A DNA stretch of 64,000 nucleotides from an uncultured delta proteobacterium (GTDB taxonomy: Bacteria; Myxococcota_A; Polyangia; Palsa-1104): the NCBI GenBank assembly GCA_963785725.1, contig CAWAWS010000024.1, forward strand, positions 6,937 to 70,936. Direction: 5' to 3'. Positions within the stretch are counted from its first letter, which is position 1. Each line of letters begins with the position of its first letter. A program made the translations under genes and the position numbers. Shown here piece by piece: positions 8,653 through 16,812 of the stretch. The notes under the pieces are model-generated. The model had not been told where the DNA came from, ran no database searches, and saw nothing but the letters and a program-made list of their open reading frames with translations.

Positions 8653-9218
8653 CGCGCGCCTTCGGCCTCGCCGATGTCGCGGCTCAAAATCGCCGTGCGC
8701 AGCTCTGCCCACGCCGTGAACGTCTCCATGCCGTCGGCAGGCGCGGCCTTCGCCGGATTGCAGACGCCCGGCTTGGGCGCGGCCAAGAGCGGACAATAGT
8801 CGCGCTCACACGCTTGCAGCACCGTCGTCATGCGCGCCGCCGGCTCCGGCTTGTCGAAATCGAGCTGCGCTTGCCGGCAACCGGCCTCGCGAAAGAGCGG
8901 CGCGCAGGCACGGGAAACGACAGCGGCGTCGGTGGGCTCGCCCGGCGGCGTCGGCCCACCACGCGTCGCGCGGCGCTCGGCCACTTGGGCCTGCGCGGCG
9001 CGGCAAGCCTCGACCCGCGCGTGCACGTCGCCGGCGGGCGCCGGCGCCACCGCGGCAACGGCCGGCGGCGTCGCGACCGCGGGCGCCGGCGGCGGCGCGG
9101 GAATGACCGGCGCGACGCCGAGCCCCGCCGGCGGCGGGACTGCGCTCGGCAACGCCGCCCAAACCGCGAGCCCCATCAGCACGACGATACCGGCGATGAT
9201 TCCGATCCGAGGAGACAT
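8637..9218 (-). CDS. membrane-anchored protein with Pro/Ala-rich linker and Cys-containing C-domain
   Basis: ATG 9218. N-terminal TM IGIIAGIVVLMGLAVWAAL, then a PAPPPAP linker and a globular part with 6 Cys. Confidence 0.5.
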   Translation of the reverse strand: MSPRIGIIAGIVVLMGLAVWAALPSAVPPPAGLGVAPVIPAPPPAPAVATPPAVAAVAPAPAGDVHARVEACRAAQAQVAERRATRGGPTPPGEPTDAAVVSRACAPLFREAGCRQAQLDFDKPEPAARMTTVLQACERDYCPLLAAPKPGVCNPAKAAPADGMETFTAWAELRTAILSRDIGEAEGARAFAR

Positions 9219-9260
9219 GCGCGCACGCTACCACGCGGTCACGCGGCACAAGAACCGCGA

Positions 9261-9854
9261 TCAGCGCCCGTGTCGCAGCTGATCGAGCGTCTGCACCAGC
9301 TCCAGCGTGACCGTGCGCGGCTGATCGTCGTCGTTCCAACGCGCCGCGCGCCAATGCTGCTCGATGCAGTCGACGAGCGCCGGCGCCATGTCGCCATCGA
9401 CGCGCTGCAGGTTCGTGACGCGCCCATGATCGACGCGCACATGATGACGTATGTGCTGTGCTGGGTTGGCGTCGGCGGCCGCGTGCGCCGCGCAAGACCG
9501 CGCGGCGGCGGCGAGCGCGGCATAGGCGCGATCGAGCGTGCGTCCGAGCGGCGCCGAGGGTGGCGCAGGCGGCGCGCCCGACGGTGCGACCGCTCCGCCG
9601 TCATCTGCCGACGCGCTCGCGGTCGCGCCTGCCGGCGGCGTGGCGACGGCGCGCGCATGAGCGGGCGCCGGCGGCCGCAACCGCGGCGCGCCCGCCGGAA
9701 CATGACGCACCAACAGCCACCAGGCCAAGCTGCCCAGGGTCGTCAACAGCAGCGTCGCGATGAGGCCTCGATAGCGCGTCCGCCGACGATAGCGAATGCG
9801 CGACGCCACCACAACTTGGCCCTCTCGCCGCACCGGCCGCGCCGGCAAATGCAC
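9261..9854 (-). CDS. membrane-anchored hypothetical protein
   Basis: GTG 9854. Basic N-terminus, TM LIATLLLTTLGSLAWWLLV, Pro/Ala linker, C-domain. Same layout as the downstream gene. Confidence 0.45.
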   Translation of the reverse strand: MHLPARPVRREGQVVVASRIRYRRRTRYRGLIATLLLTTLGSLAWWLLVRHVPAGAPRLRPPAPAHARAVATPPAGATASASADDGGAVAPSGAPPAPPSAPLGRTLDRAYAALAAAARSCAAHAAADANPAQHIRHHVRVDHGRVTNLQRVDGDMAPALVDCIEQHWRAARWNDDDQPRTVTLELVQTLDQLRHGR

Positions 9855-9995
9855 CGTGGCGCGGCCATTTGCGCGTGCGCCGGCAGGGCGCGATCCGGCC
9901 GCCGACCGAGCCCGTCAGCGACGCGAGTCACCGGTTTGCGCCCGAAATGCACGGGACGGTCGCGCGAATGGGCTAGTCAGTGCTAACATGAGTGT

Positions 9996-10367
9996 GTGCG
10001 CGCCAAGGCCAAGGAGACCCTCTTTCGCGAGGTCATCGTCGAGCGTGTGCGCGGCGGACGCGGCACCAAACGCGTCCACGGCTGGCTGGTCGCGCCGGTA
10101 GCGGTCGGCGGCCATCTGGTCGTGCGCCAAGATGACGAGCGGCAGATGACGTCGACGCCGATTCGCCGGCTGCTCGTCGAGGATCAAGGCAGCCACGTCG
10201 TGTATGTCGAGACACAAAATAGCCGGTATCGCGTCACATTCGTCTCGTCGACCGACGAAGCCAACAAAGGCGCGCGGGTGTCGGCGACCGTGTCTCCGGC
10301 CGATCGCGAAGTCGAAGTGACGCTGGTCGAAGACGTGCTGTCGAAGGCTGGCAACAACGACCGCTGA
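9996..10367 (+). CDS. hypothetical protein
   Basis: GTG 9996. Non-shadow composition (VYVETQNSRYRVTFVSSTDEANK). Sits 23 nt upstream of the dual-REC gene. Confidence 0.45.
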   Translation: MRAKAKETLFREVIVERVRGGRGTKRVHGWLVAPVAVGGHLVVRQDDERQMTSTPIRRLLVEDQGSHVVYVETQNSRYRVTFVSSTDEANKGARVSATVSPADREVEVTLVEDVLSKAGNNDR

Positions 10368-10390
10368 AGCGTGATACGCTAGCGAAGCCC

Positions 10391-11152
10391 ATGACGACCG
10401 GCCCGCGAGAGCGCAAGCAGTGCCTGGTCCTGCTCGTGGAGGACAGCCATACGACGTACGAGCTGTACTCCGAAATCTTGGCCAGCGCCGGCTATGCCGT
10501 CGTCGGTGCCGACAGCGGTGACGACGCCTATGCCTCGGCGCGCCAGCACAAGCCGGACCTCATCGTCATGGACTACGAGCTCAAAGGCGCCGACGGCGTC
10601 GAGGCGACGCAGCGGATCAAGAGCGATCCCGAGACGCGGCACATTCCCATCGTCATGCTCACGGGACACGTCAGCGCGCAGCACCTGGAGCGCGCGCGCG
10701 GTGCCGGCTGCGACGCGTTCTTGCAGAAGCCCTGCCGCATCGACGAGCTGCTCGACGAGGTCAAGCGACGCGTGTTGCCGCGCGCGCAGGCCGGCGGCAC
10801 GATCCTCGTCATCGAGGACGACGACGACATTTGCGAAGCGCTGTCGCACATCTTGGAAGCGCACGGGCTGCAGGTCGTCATCACGCACGACGGTCGTCAA
10901 GGCATCGACTATCTGCACGGCGCCGACGAGCCGCCGCGCCTCATCTTGCTCGATCTCATGATGCCGGTGATGGACGGCTGGGCCTTCCGCGCGGCGCAGC
11001 TGGGCGATCCGAAGTTGGCGACGATTCCGGTCGTCGTGCTGTCGGCGTCGCCCGCGGGCACGCCGGCCTCGGAGCGGCTGCACGTCGACGAATTCCTCAA
11101 TAAGCCGGTCGACGTTCCGCGACTCTTGCACGCCATCGAGCGCCATCTCTGA
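10391..11152 (+). CDS. tandem-receiver (REC-REC) response regulator, no output domain
   Basis: Two complete receiver domains: LLVEDS...LIVMDYEL...VMLTGH...LQKP and ILVIEDDDD...LILLDLMMP...VVVLSAS...LNKP. Confidence 0.85.
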   Translation: MTTGPRERKQCLVLLVEDSHTTYELYSEILASAGYAVVGADSGDDAYASARQHKPDLIVMDYELKGADGVEATQRIKSDPETRHIPIVMLTGHVSAQHLERARGAGCDAFLQKPCRIDELLDEVKRRVLPRAQAGGTILVIEDDDDICEALSHILEAHGLQVVITHDGRQGIDYLHGADEPPRLILLDLMMPVMDGWAFRAAQLGDPKLATIPVVVLSASPAGTPASERLHVDEFLNKPVDVPRLLHAIERHL

Positions 11153-11225
11153 CGCACTCGCGGCTGCTGCTTCAGTCGCTCGCGCCCGATGTTTCACGCG
11201 GCCCGGTCTCGGGTAAGATCGAGCG

Positions 11226-11750
11226 ATGATCGACGACTTCGTCACGCGCGCCGCCGAGCGCCCGCAGGCGGAGTTCGTGAGCGCCTTTCCCTTCCCGTTT
11301 CTGCTCGGCGCCGCGCTCGACAAGCCGGTGACCGGACCGACGCAGACGCTGCGCGGCGACGCGGCGGCGACCTTGGCCGCGCTGCGCAAGCAGGCCGCGG
11401 TCGATCGCTTGACGGCGCCGAAGCCGCCCGAGTCGCGGCTCGTGCTGCCGGTGCGCAAGATCCAAGGCAGCTTCCCCAGCATGATCACGGTCGGCCGCAC
11501 CAAGAACAATGACGTCGTGCTCGCCGATCCGCTGGTGTCGAAGTTTCACGCCTATTTTCGACTGATCGACGGCGCCTGGCTGATCGCGGATGCCGGCTCG
11601 GTGAACGGCACGCGCATCGGCGACATCGAGCTGCCGAAGCGCGGTCAGCCGCAGCCGATCCACTGGGGCGAACGGATCGCGTTCGGCGACTGCGTGCTGA
11701 CGTTCCTCGATCCGGCCGGCGCGTGGACGGCGCTGCGCGCGCGCCGCTGA
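11226..11750 (+). CDS. FHA domain protein
   Basis: C-terminal FHA: ITVGRTKNNDVVLADPLVSKFHAYF...DAGSVNGTRI...ERIAFGD. Confidence 0.8.
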   Translation: MIDDFVTRAAERPQAEFVSAFPFPFLLGAALDKPVTGPTQTLRGDAAATLAALRKQAAVDRLTAPKPPESRLVLPVRKIQGSFPSMITVGRTKNNDVVLADPLVSKFHAYFRLIDGAWLIADAGSVNGTRIGDIELPKRGQPQPIHWGERIAFGDCVLTFLDPAGAWTALRARR

Positions 11751-11997
11751 CGCAGCCGGCGGCCTCGGGCAGCGAAGACGTCGCCGGATACTCAATGAAC
11801 GGTAGGAACGCCAACGCCAACGTCGGCGCGTAGTCCGCCCAGTCGTCGCGCGTGATGTGCTTGGCCGCGAGCACGCGCTTCCTCCGCAAGACGACATCGG
11901 CGCGAATCGTGGCCGCGTCGTGCAAGGCTTCGTCGAGCGGCGGCAACGTCGGCAGCGTCACGTCCTCGACGTCGAGCGGCTGGTCGACGGCGCCCAC
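11485..11997 (-). CDS. possible small protein trailing the Rsm22-like gene; 3' end uncertain
   Basis: GTG 11997, 27 nt after the upstream stop. The first ~85 codons look coding (DVEDVTLPTLPPLDEALHDAATIRADVVL...). There is no stop until 11485, deep inside the convergent FHA gene, so the tail is probably a shadow frame. Confidence 0.25.
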   Translation of the reverse strand: MGAVDQPLDVEDVTLPTLPPLDEALHDAATIRADVVLRRKRVLAAKHITRDDWADYAPTLALAFLPFIEYPATSSLPEAAGCVSGARAAPSTRRPDRGTSARSRRTRSVRPSGSAAADRASAARCRRCACRSPSRHPRSARRRRSVENRRETSTPADRRARRHCSWCGRP

Positions 11998-12024
11998 ACG
12001 CCGCCCAACGCAACCGTAACGGCT

Positions 12025-13116
12025 TCATCGTCGGTTGCGAGCGCCACCCGGCTGCACGACGTGGACGTCCGATTGATCATCCAATCGCAGGCCGTCGCCA
12101 CGTGTCGCCAGACGATCGATGCGCACCAGATCGCCGCGCTGCAGATCGAGGAAGCCGCGATTGTTGTCGCGCACGTGCTTGTCCGGTAACACGAGCGGAA
12201 AGCGCCCTTCGGGGCCACAGCCGACGAAGCGCTGCTTGCCCTTCTCCGGCAGCGGCTCGGACACGATGCGAAAGAGTCGCCCAGCCGGAAGCTCGGGCCA
12301 ACCTGCGCTCGGCGGCTGCAACACGAGATAGGTCATCTTGAGCGAGTCGCGATGCAGCTTGGCCGCCTGCGCCAGCTCTTCGACGAGCGGCGGCGCCGTC
12401 CACGGCTGCTCGGCGTGGCACCAATCGCCGGGCCGCACGAGCGCCGGACAGTCGCCGCGATAAAGGCAGGGCGCGCGCACGGACGCGCCCTCGTGCAGCA
12501 GTCGATCGCGCAGCTGCAAGAGCGCGCGCGACGTCTCGCGCAGCGCCGGCTCGATGATGACGAGCGCGCCCTGCGGCCGCAAGCGCGCCAGCAGCTGCAG
12601 GACGAGCGCTGCCCGTCGCTCCAAATCACCACCGTACAACTCGTTGATGACGTGGCCGGCCAGGATCGTATCGAACGGGCCACTCGGCAGCGGGCGCGAT
12701 GGATCCCACGCCTCGACCGTCAGCGCGCAACCGGCGTCCGCGGCCAACGACTTGGCGATCGCCAGCGCCGCCGGCACGCGGTCGATCGCCCGCGCCGCGG
12801 TGGCGCCGGCATCGAGCGCGGCCAGCGCCAGCGGACCGGGACCGCTGCCGAGATCGAGCACGTCGCCGAGCGGCGCCCGCAGCTCGGCGAGCACGGCGCG
12901 CGCCTGCGCGTACGAGACCGGCCAATACAGCAGTAGATAGGCGCCGAGGAGCTGCGTGTCGTCGAAGTAGCGAGCGCCGGCCAGCTCGCGGTCGCCGGTC
13001 AAGCCGCGGGTCAGTCGGGCGGCGCCGGCGACCACGTCGCGCCGCTCGTCCGCGGTCAGCGCGCCGGTCGCGGCCGAGCCGCGCAAGCGGCGCCAGGCGG
13101 CGACGAGATGCGGCAA
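12025..13116 (-). CDS. Rsm22-like SAM-dependent methyltransferase
   Basis: Motif I VLDLGSGPGPLALA, ILAGHVINEL, and a C-terminal Cys cluster (CLYRGDCPALVRPGDWCH) as in the small-subunit Rsm22 family. Confidence 0.7.
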   Translation of the reverse strand: MPHLVAAWRRLRGSAATGALTADERRDVVAGAARLTRGLTGDRELAGARYFDDTQLLGAYLLLYWPVSYAQARAVLAELRAPLGDVLDLGSGPGPLALAALDAGATAARAIDRVPAALAIAKSLAADAGCALTVEAWDPSRPLPSGPFDTILAGHVINELYGGDLERRAALVLQLLARLRPQGALVIIEPALRETSRALLQLRDRLLHEGASVRAPCLYRGDCPALVRPGDWCHAEQPWTAPPLVEELAQAAKLHRDSLKMTYLVLQPPSAGWPELPAGRLFRIVSEPLPEKGKQRFVGCGPEGRFPLVLPDKHVRDNNRGFLDLQRGDLVRIDRLATRGDGLRLDDQSDVHVVQPGGARNRR

Positions 13117-13142
13117 CCAAGCGTCCAGCGAGGCCGCGTCGT

Positions 13143-13406
13143 TCAGAGCCCCGGCTCCTCCGCGTCGTGCGCGTGGCGCAGCGCCGCTTTGACGTCTTTC
13201 GGCAGCTTCGATCCGTCGAGGATCACCTTCTGCGAATGCACCGCCCGCACCGCGGTCCCGTGGATGACGAAGTCGCCTGCATTCTCGATGTTGACGACGA
13301 TCTCGTGCGTCTTGAAGCGCACGTCCCGGACGGCGCCGACCTCGTCGCCGCCATCTTTGAGGAACACTTGATACCCGACCTCGATGCCCTTGAACGCGTC
13401 ATCCAT
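13143..13406 (-). CDS. small hypothetical protein (87 aa)
   Basis: Internal ATG 13406 preceded by GGAGGA. MDDAFKGIEVGYQVFLKDGGDEVGAVRDV... The upstream part of track ORF 13143-13940 is antisense to the Fur gene. Confidence 0.55.
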   Translation of the reverse strand: MDDAFKGIEVGYQVFLKDGGDEVGAVRDVRFKTHEIVVNIENAGDFVIHGTAVRAVHSQKVILDGSKLPKDVKAALRHAHDAEEPGL

Positions 13407-13458
13407 GACTGTTCCTCCGCGGCCAGCCTGACGCGTGCGCGCGACTTCGTCCAGTCCC

Positions 13459-13487
13459 TTGACAAGGTACAAGTTTAGACACATTCT
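13459..13487 (+). promoter_or_regulatory. sigma-70-like promoter giving a leaderless Fur-family mRNA (candidate)
   Basis: TTGACA (13459-13464), 17 nt, CATTCT (13482-13487), then ATG 13494 six nt later with no SD. Confidence 0.35.
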
Positions 13488-13490
13488 AAA
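13474..13490. promoter_or_regulatory. perfect inverted repeat TTTAGA-cacat-TCTAAA (candidate Fur-family operator)
   Basis: Overlaps the putative -10 and TSS of the regulator gene. Shares the core TAGACAC..TCTAA with the site upstream of ahpC. Confidence 0.5.
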
Positions 13491-13493
13491 TCG

Positions 13494-13910
13494 ATGTTGG
13501 TACGCGACATCGGGGCTCTGTTGCGCGAGCGAGGCATCCCGCCGACCGCTCAGCGCCTGGCCGTGGCCGAGTACGTGCTGGCGACCGAGGAGCACCCGTC
13601 CGCCGACGAAGTGCTGGCTCGTGTGCGCGCGCGGCTGCCGGTCTTGTCGCGCGCGACGGTCTACAACACGCTGCATCTGCTGGTCGACAAAGGCCTCCTC
13701 CAGGAGCTGACCTTGGCCCCCGGCCGCAGCGTCTACGACTGCAACATCGATCCGCATCATCACTTCATCGATGATCAGACCGGTCTCGTGCATGACGTTC
13801 CGTGGGACGCGCTGCGCGTCTCCAAGCTCGATTCGCTCACGGGCTACGACGTCCGCGAATACACGGTCGTCATGCGCGGCACCAAACGGCGTAATCGCGC
13901 GCGCCACTGA
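13494..13910 (+). CDS. Fur-family transcriptional regulator (PerR/Irr-like, lacks CxxC zinc site)
   Basis: Winged-helix TAQRLAVAEYVL...HPSADEVL...LSRATVYNTLHLLVDKGLL. HHH motif (DPHHHFID). Only one Cys. Sits next to ahpCD. Confidence 0.8.
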   Translation: MLVRDIGALLRERGIPPTAQRLAVAEYVLATEEHPSADEVLARVRARLPVLSRATVYNTLHLLVDKGLLQELTLAPGRSVYDCNIDPHHHFIDDQTGLVHDVPWDALRVSKLDSLTGYDVREYTVVMRGTKRRNRARH

Positions 13911-13933
13911 AACGAATTTTTTTGCCCGGCATC

Positions 13934-13946
13934 TAGACACTGTCTA
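13934..13946. promoter_or_regulatory. perfect inverted repeat TAGACA-c-TGTCTA upstream of ahpC (candidate operator)
   Basis: 38 nt upstream of ahpC ATG 13984. Related to the 13474-13490 site. Confidence 0.5.
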
Positions 13947-13983
13947 ATTCGAGACCGATTCTAACAATGAGGAGATCTGAATC

Positions 13984-14520
13984 ATGCTGACCGTTGGAGA
14001 CAAGCTTCCTGCATTCGACCTCGAGAGCGTGGTGGCCATCGAGCAGGGCAAAGAGTTCAAGCGCCTGAACCAGGGCTCGTTCCCGAACAAGTGGCTCGTC
14101 CTCTTTGCCTGGCCGATGGACTTTACGTTCGTATGCCCGACCGAGATCGCCGAGTTCGGCCGCCGCAACGGCGACTTCGCCGACCGCGACGCGCAAGTGC
14201 TGGGCATGTCGACCGACTCGCACTTCGTCCACTTGGCCTGGCGCCGCGATCACGCCGACCTCAAGTCGCTGCCGTTCCCGATGCTCGCCGACATCAAGCG
14301 CGAGCTGTCGCAGACGCTCGGCATCCTGCACAAGGACGGCGTCTGCTTGCGCGCGACGTTCATCGTCGATCCCGAGGGCGTCATCCGCTTCGCCAGCGTC
14401 CACGATCTGTCGGTCGGCCGTAACGTCGACGAGGTCCTGCGCACGCTCGACGCCTTGCAGACCGACGAGCTCTGCCCGTGCAACTGGAAGAAGGGCGACA
14501 AGACGCTGGAGGCGGCGTAG
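13984..14520 (+). CDS. ahpC: peroxiredoxin AhpC (AhpD-coupled type)
   Basis: GGAG at 13971, ATG 13984. Peroxidatic Cys motif DFTFVCPTEI and resolving-Cys region ELCPCNW. Confidence 0.9.
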   Translation: MLTVGDKLPAFDLESVVAIEQGKEFKRLNQGSFPNKWLVLFAWPMDFTFVCPTEIAEFGRRNGDFADRDAQVLGMSTDSHFVHLAWRRDHADLKSLPFPMLADIKRELSQTLGILHKDGVCLRATFIVDPEGVIRFASVHDLSVGRNVDEVLRTLDALQTDELCPCNWKKGDKTLEAA

Positions 14521-15062
14521 TGGAGACGACCGGCGCAGCGTCCTCGATCGAGGCGCTGCGCGCGCTCATCCCCGATGCGGCGCGTGACATCAAGCTCAAC
14601 CTGCAGTCGGTGATGCAGACGAGCGTCCTGTCGCCGGCGCAGCGCTGGGGTGTGGCGTTGGCTTCGGCGATCGCGGCGCGCAATCCGCGACTGTTGGAAG
14701 CGGTGTTGGCCGAGGCGCGGACGCAAGTGGATGCGACCGTCATCGAGGACTCGAAAGCAGCCGCGGCGTTGATGGCGATGAACAACGTCTATTACCGGTT
14801 CCGCCACGTCATCGGCAAGGAGTCGTACGGGCAAAAGCCGGCGCGGCTGCGGATGAATCGGCTCGGCCAGCCGGCGTCGAACAAGGTCGACTTCGAGCTG
14901 TTCGCGCTGGCGGTGAGCGCCATCAACGGCTGCGAAATGTGCGTGCGAGCGCATGAGAAGGTCGTGACCGAGGGCGGGCTGACCGAAGATCACGTGCACG
15001 ACGCCGTCCGCATCGCGGCCACGATTCAGGCGACGGCCGTCGCGCTCGAAATCCCGGCGTAG
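14520..15062 (+). CDS. ahpD: alkyl hydroperoxide reductase AhpD
   Basis: GTG 14520 overlaps the ahpC TAG, with GGAGG at 14508-14512. Carboxymuconolactone-decarboxylase-type CxxC (INGCEMCV). Confidence 0.85.
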   Translation: METTGAASSIEALRALIPDAARDIKLNLQSVMQTSVLSPAQRWGVALASAIAARNPRLLEAVLAEARTQVDATVIEDSKAAAALMAMNNVYYRFRHVIGKESYGQKPARLRMNRLGQPASNKVDFELFALAVSAINGCEMCVRAHEKVVTEGGLTEDHVHDAVRIAATIQATAVALEIPA

Positions 15063-15107
15063 CCGCGCCGCCGGTTGCAGCCTCGGCCCAAAACCGCGAA
15101 GGTTGTT

Positions 15108-15464
15108 CTAAAGCCCGTCTCGATCCCGCGGCGCCGAGCGTTTCCAGCGATACTTCTGCAAGTCGACGAGTCCATCCGGGGAAAACGTCACGCCCTCGGC
15201 TTCGAGCAGCGCGCGCTGGCGACCGGGGACGTCGCCATCGGTGCTCACGCCGCCCTTCGAGTTGACGACGCGATGCCAAGGCAAGGAGCCGTCACTCGCA
15301 CGCAGCGCCCAGCCCACGCCGGCCGGTGACAAGCGACCGTCGATCAGCTCCGAGAGCTGCCCGTAGGTCGCCACGCGTCCATAAGGAATCTTTGCGACGA
15401 GCGCCTGCACGCGAGCGAAGACGGCGCCGCCGCCCGGCGCTTTGCGTCCACCGCGAGCCGCCAT
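15108..15464 (-). CDS. alkyltransferase-like (ATL) protein, MGMT DNA-binding domain without the acceptor Cys
   Basis: IPYGRVATYGQL...LPWHRVVNSKG. The PCHR active-site Cys is replaced by Trp, as in Atl1/YbaZ. Confidence 0.8.
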   Translation of the reverse strand: MAARGGRKAPGGGAVFARVQALVAKIPYGRVATYGQLSELIDGRLSPAGVGWALRASDGSLPWHRVVNSKGGVSTDGDVPGRQRALLEAEGVTFSPDGLVDLQKYRWKRSAPRDRDGL

Positions 15465-16777
15465 CAGCGCAGCGAGTCGAGCTTCCGCTGCAGCTGCGCC
15501 ACCAGCTGCGGCCGGCGCTGCTCGACCGGCAGCGCCGCGGCCGCCGCCAGCGCTTGCGCGAGCGTCTTCTTCGCGCCGCCGAGATCCCCCTTGTCGCGCT
15601 GCAGGTCCGCCTTCAGATCGAACAGCCGCAACGCCCGCGGGCCGTACACCTTCGACAACGCGCGATCGATCGCGGCCAGACCATCGTCGTAGCGCTTGGC
15701 CGCGCGGTAGATCAGCGCCAACCGCGCCGGCGCGTTGTAGTCGCCCGGGAGATCGCGCTCGCTCATCTTGAGCGCCGCTTCGACGCGCATCGGCTCATCC
15801 ATCGCCAACGCCGCATTGACGCGATGGGGATCGAACACCGCCCGCTGCTCGGCTCCGGGAGCGCGCGCCGCCTCGCCTTCGAGAAAGATGAGCCATCGCT
15901 GCGCCATCGCGCGCTTGCCGCCGGCATCATCCGCGTCCGTGCGCGCTTGCACGAGCTCCTCGTACAACCCCGAGCGATCGTCGGCGAGCAGCCCGGGAAG
16001 CGCGACCGCCTCTTCGGCCAGTGGCGTCAACGCCGCGCGCGCCGCGGCGCCCTCCTCGCCTTTGACGTCGAGCGCGCAGCCGAGGCCGCTCATGACCGCG
16101 TTCGCGAACGACGGGCCACGCGCCATCGTCGGCAGCAGCTCCTGCGCCGCCCGGCCGCACCCCGCTTCATCGTGTGCGAAGGACAGCGCGCCAATGAGGG
16201 CTTCGATCACGTGCGGCTTCTCGCTCGCCGGCAGCAAAGGCAGTGCCGATCGGTACGCGACCGCGGCGTCAGCCCACTTTCGCTCGCCCGCCAAACGATC
16301 GGCGCGGGCGCGCTCGCGGGCGCCGCCATCGCCGCCGCCGCGCGCCGCGCGCTCGCTATCATCGAGCAGCTTGACCAGCTGAGCGGCGTTGGCGCTCGAA
16401 GGCCAACGCAAGACCGCCGCCTCGCGCTTCGGATCGATCACGAGCAACGTCGGATAGACATCGATCGGATACTTGCCCAAGAAGGCGGCGTTCTGTTCCT
16501 TCTCGGTGTCGATGCTCAACCAGACGAAGCGATTGGCCTCTTTGGACAATATCGGATCGCTGAAGACGTAAGCGCGCATGAAGCGGCAGGTGTGGCACCA
16601 AGTGGCCCAGCTATCGACGAAGAGCGGAACCTTGCGCTCGCGTGCCTCGGCCAGCGCGCGCGGATAGTCGTCTTCGATGAAGGGCAGCGCTTCGTGCGCA
16701 GGAGTCGTCGGCGCGCGATCCGCGGCCGCGACGATTCGCGGCAAACCGAGCAGCAACAGCGCCAGGGCGATACGCAT
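15464..16777 (-). CDS. secreted thioredoxin-fold protein with TPR-like C-terminal domain
   Basis: Signal MRIALALLLLGLPRIVAAA. Thioredoxin motif WATWCHTC. Long helical repeat region. 1-nt stop/start overlap with the ATL gene. Confidence 0.8.
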   Translation of the reverse strand: MRIALALLLLGLPRIVAAADRAPTTPAHEALPFIEDDYPRALAEARERKVPLFVDSWATWCHTCRFMRAYVFSDPILSKEANRFVWLSIDTEKEQNAAFLGKYPIDVYPTLLVIDPKREAAVLRWPSSANAAQLVKLLDDSERAARGGGDGGARERARADRLAGERKWADAAVAYRSALPLLPASEKPHVIEALIGALSFAHDEAGCGRAAQELLPTMARGPSFANAVMSGLGCALDVKGEEGAAARAALTPLAEEAVALPGLLADDRSGLYEELVQARTDADDAGGKRAMAQRWLIFLEGEAARAPGAEQRAVFDPHRVNAALAMDEPMRVEAALKMSERDLPGDYNAPARLALIYRAAKRYDDGLAAIDRALSKVYGPRALRLFDLKADLQRDKGDLGGAKKTLAQALAAAAALPVEQRRPQLVAQLQRKLDSLR

Positions 16778-16812
16778 GCGCCGAGCATAACTCGTGACAC
16801 AATGCTGTCGAG

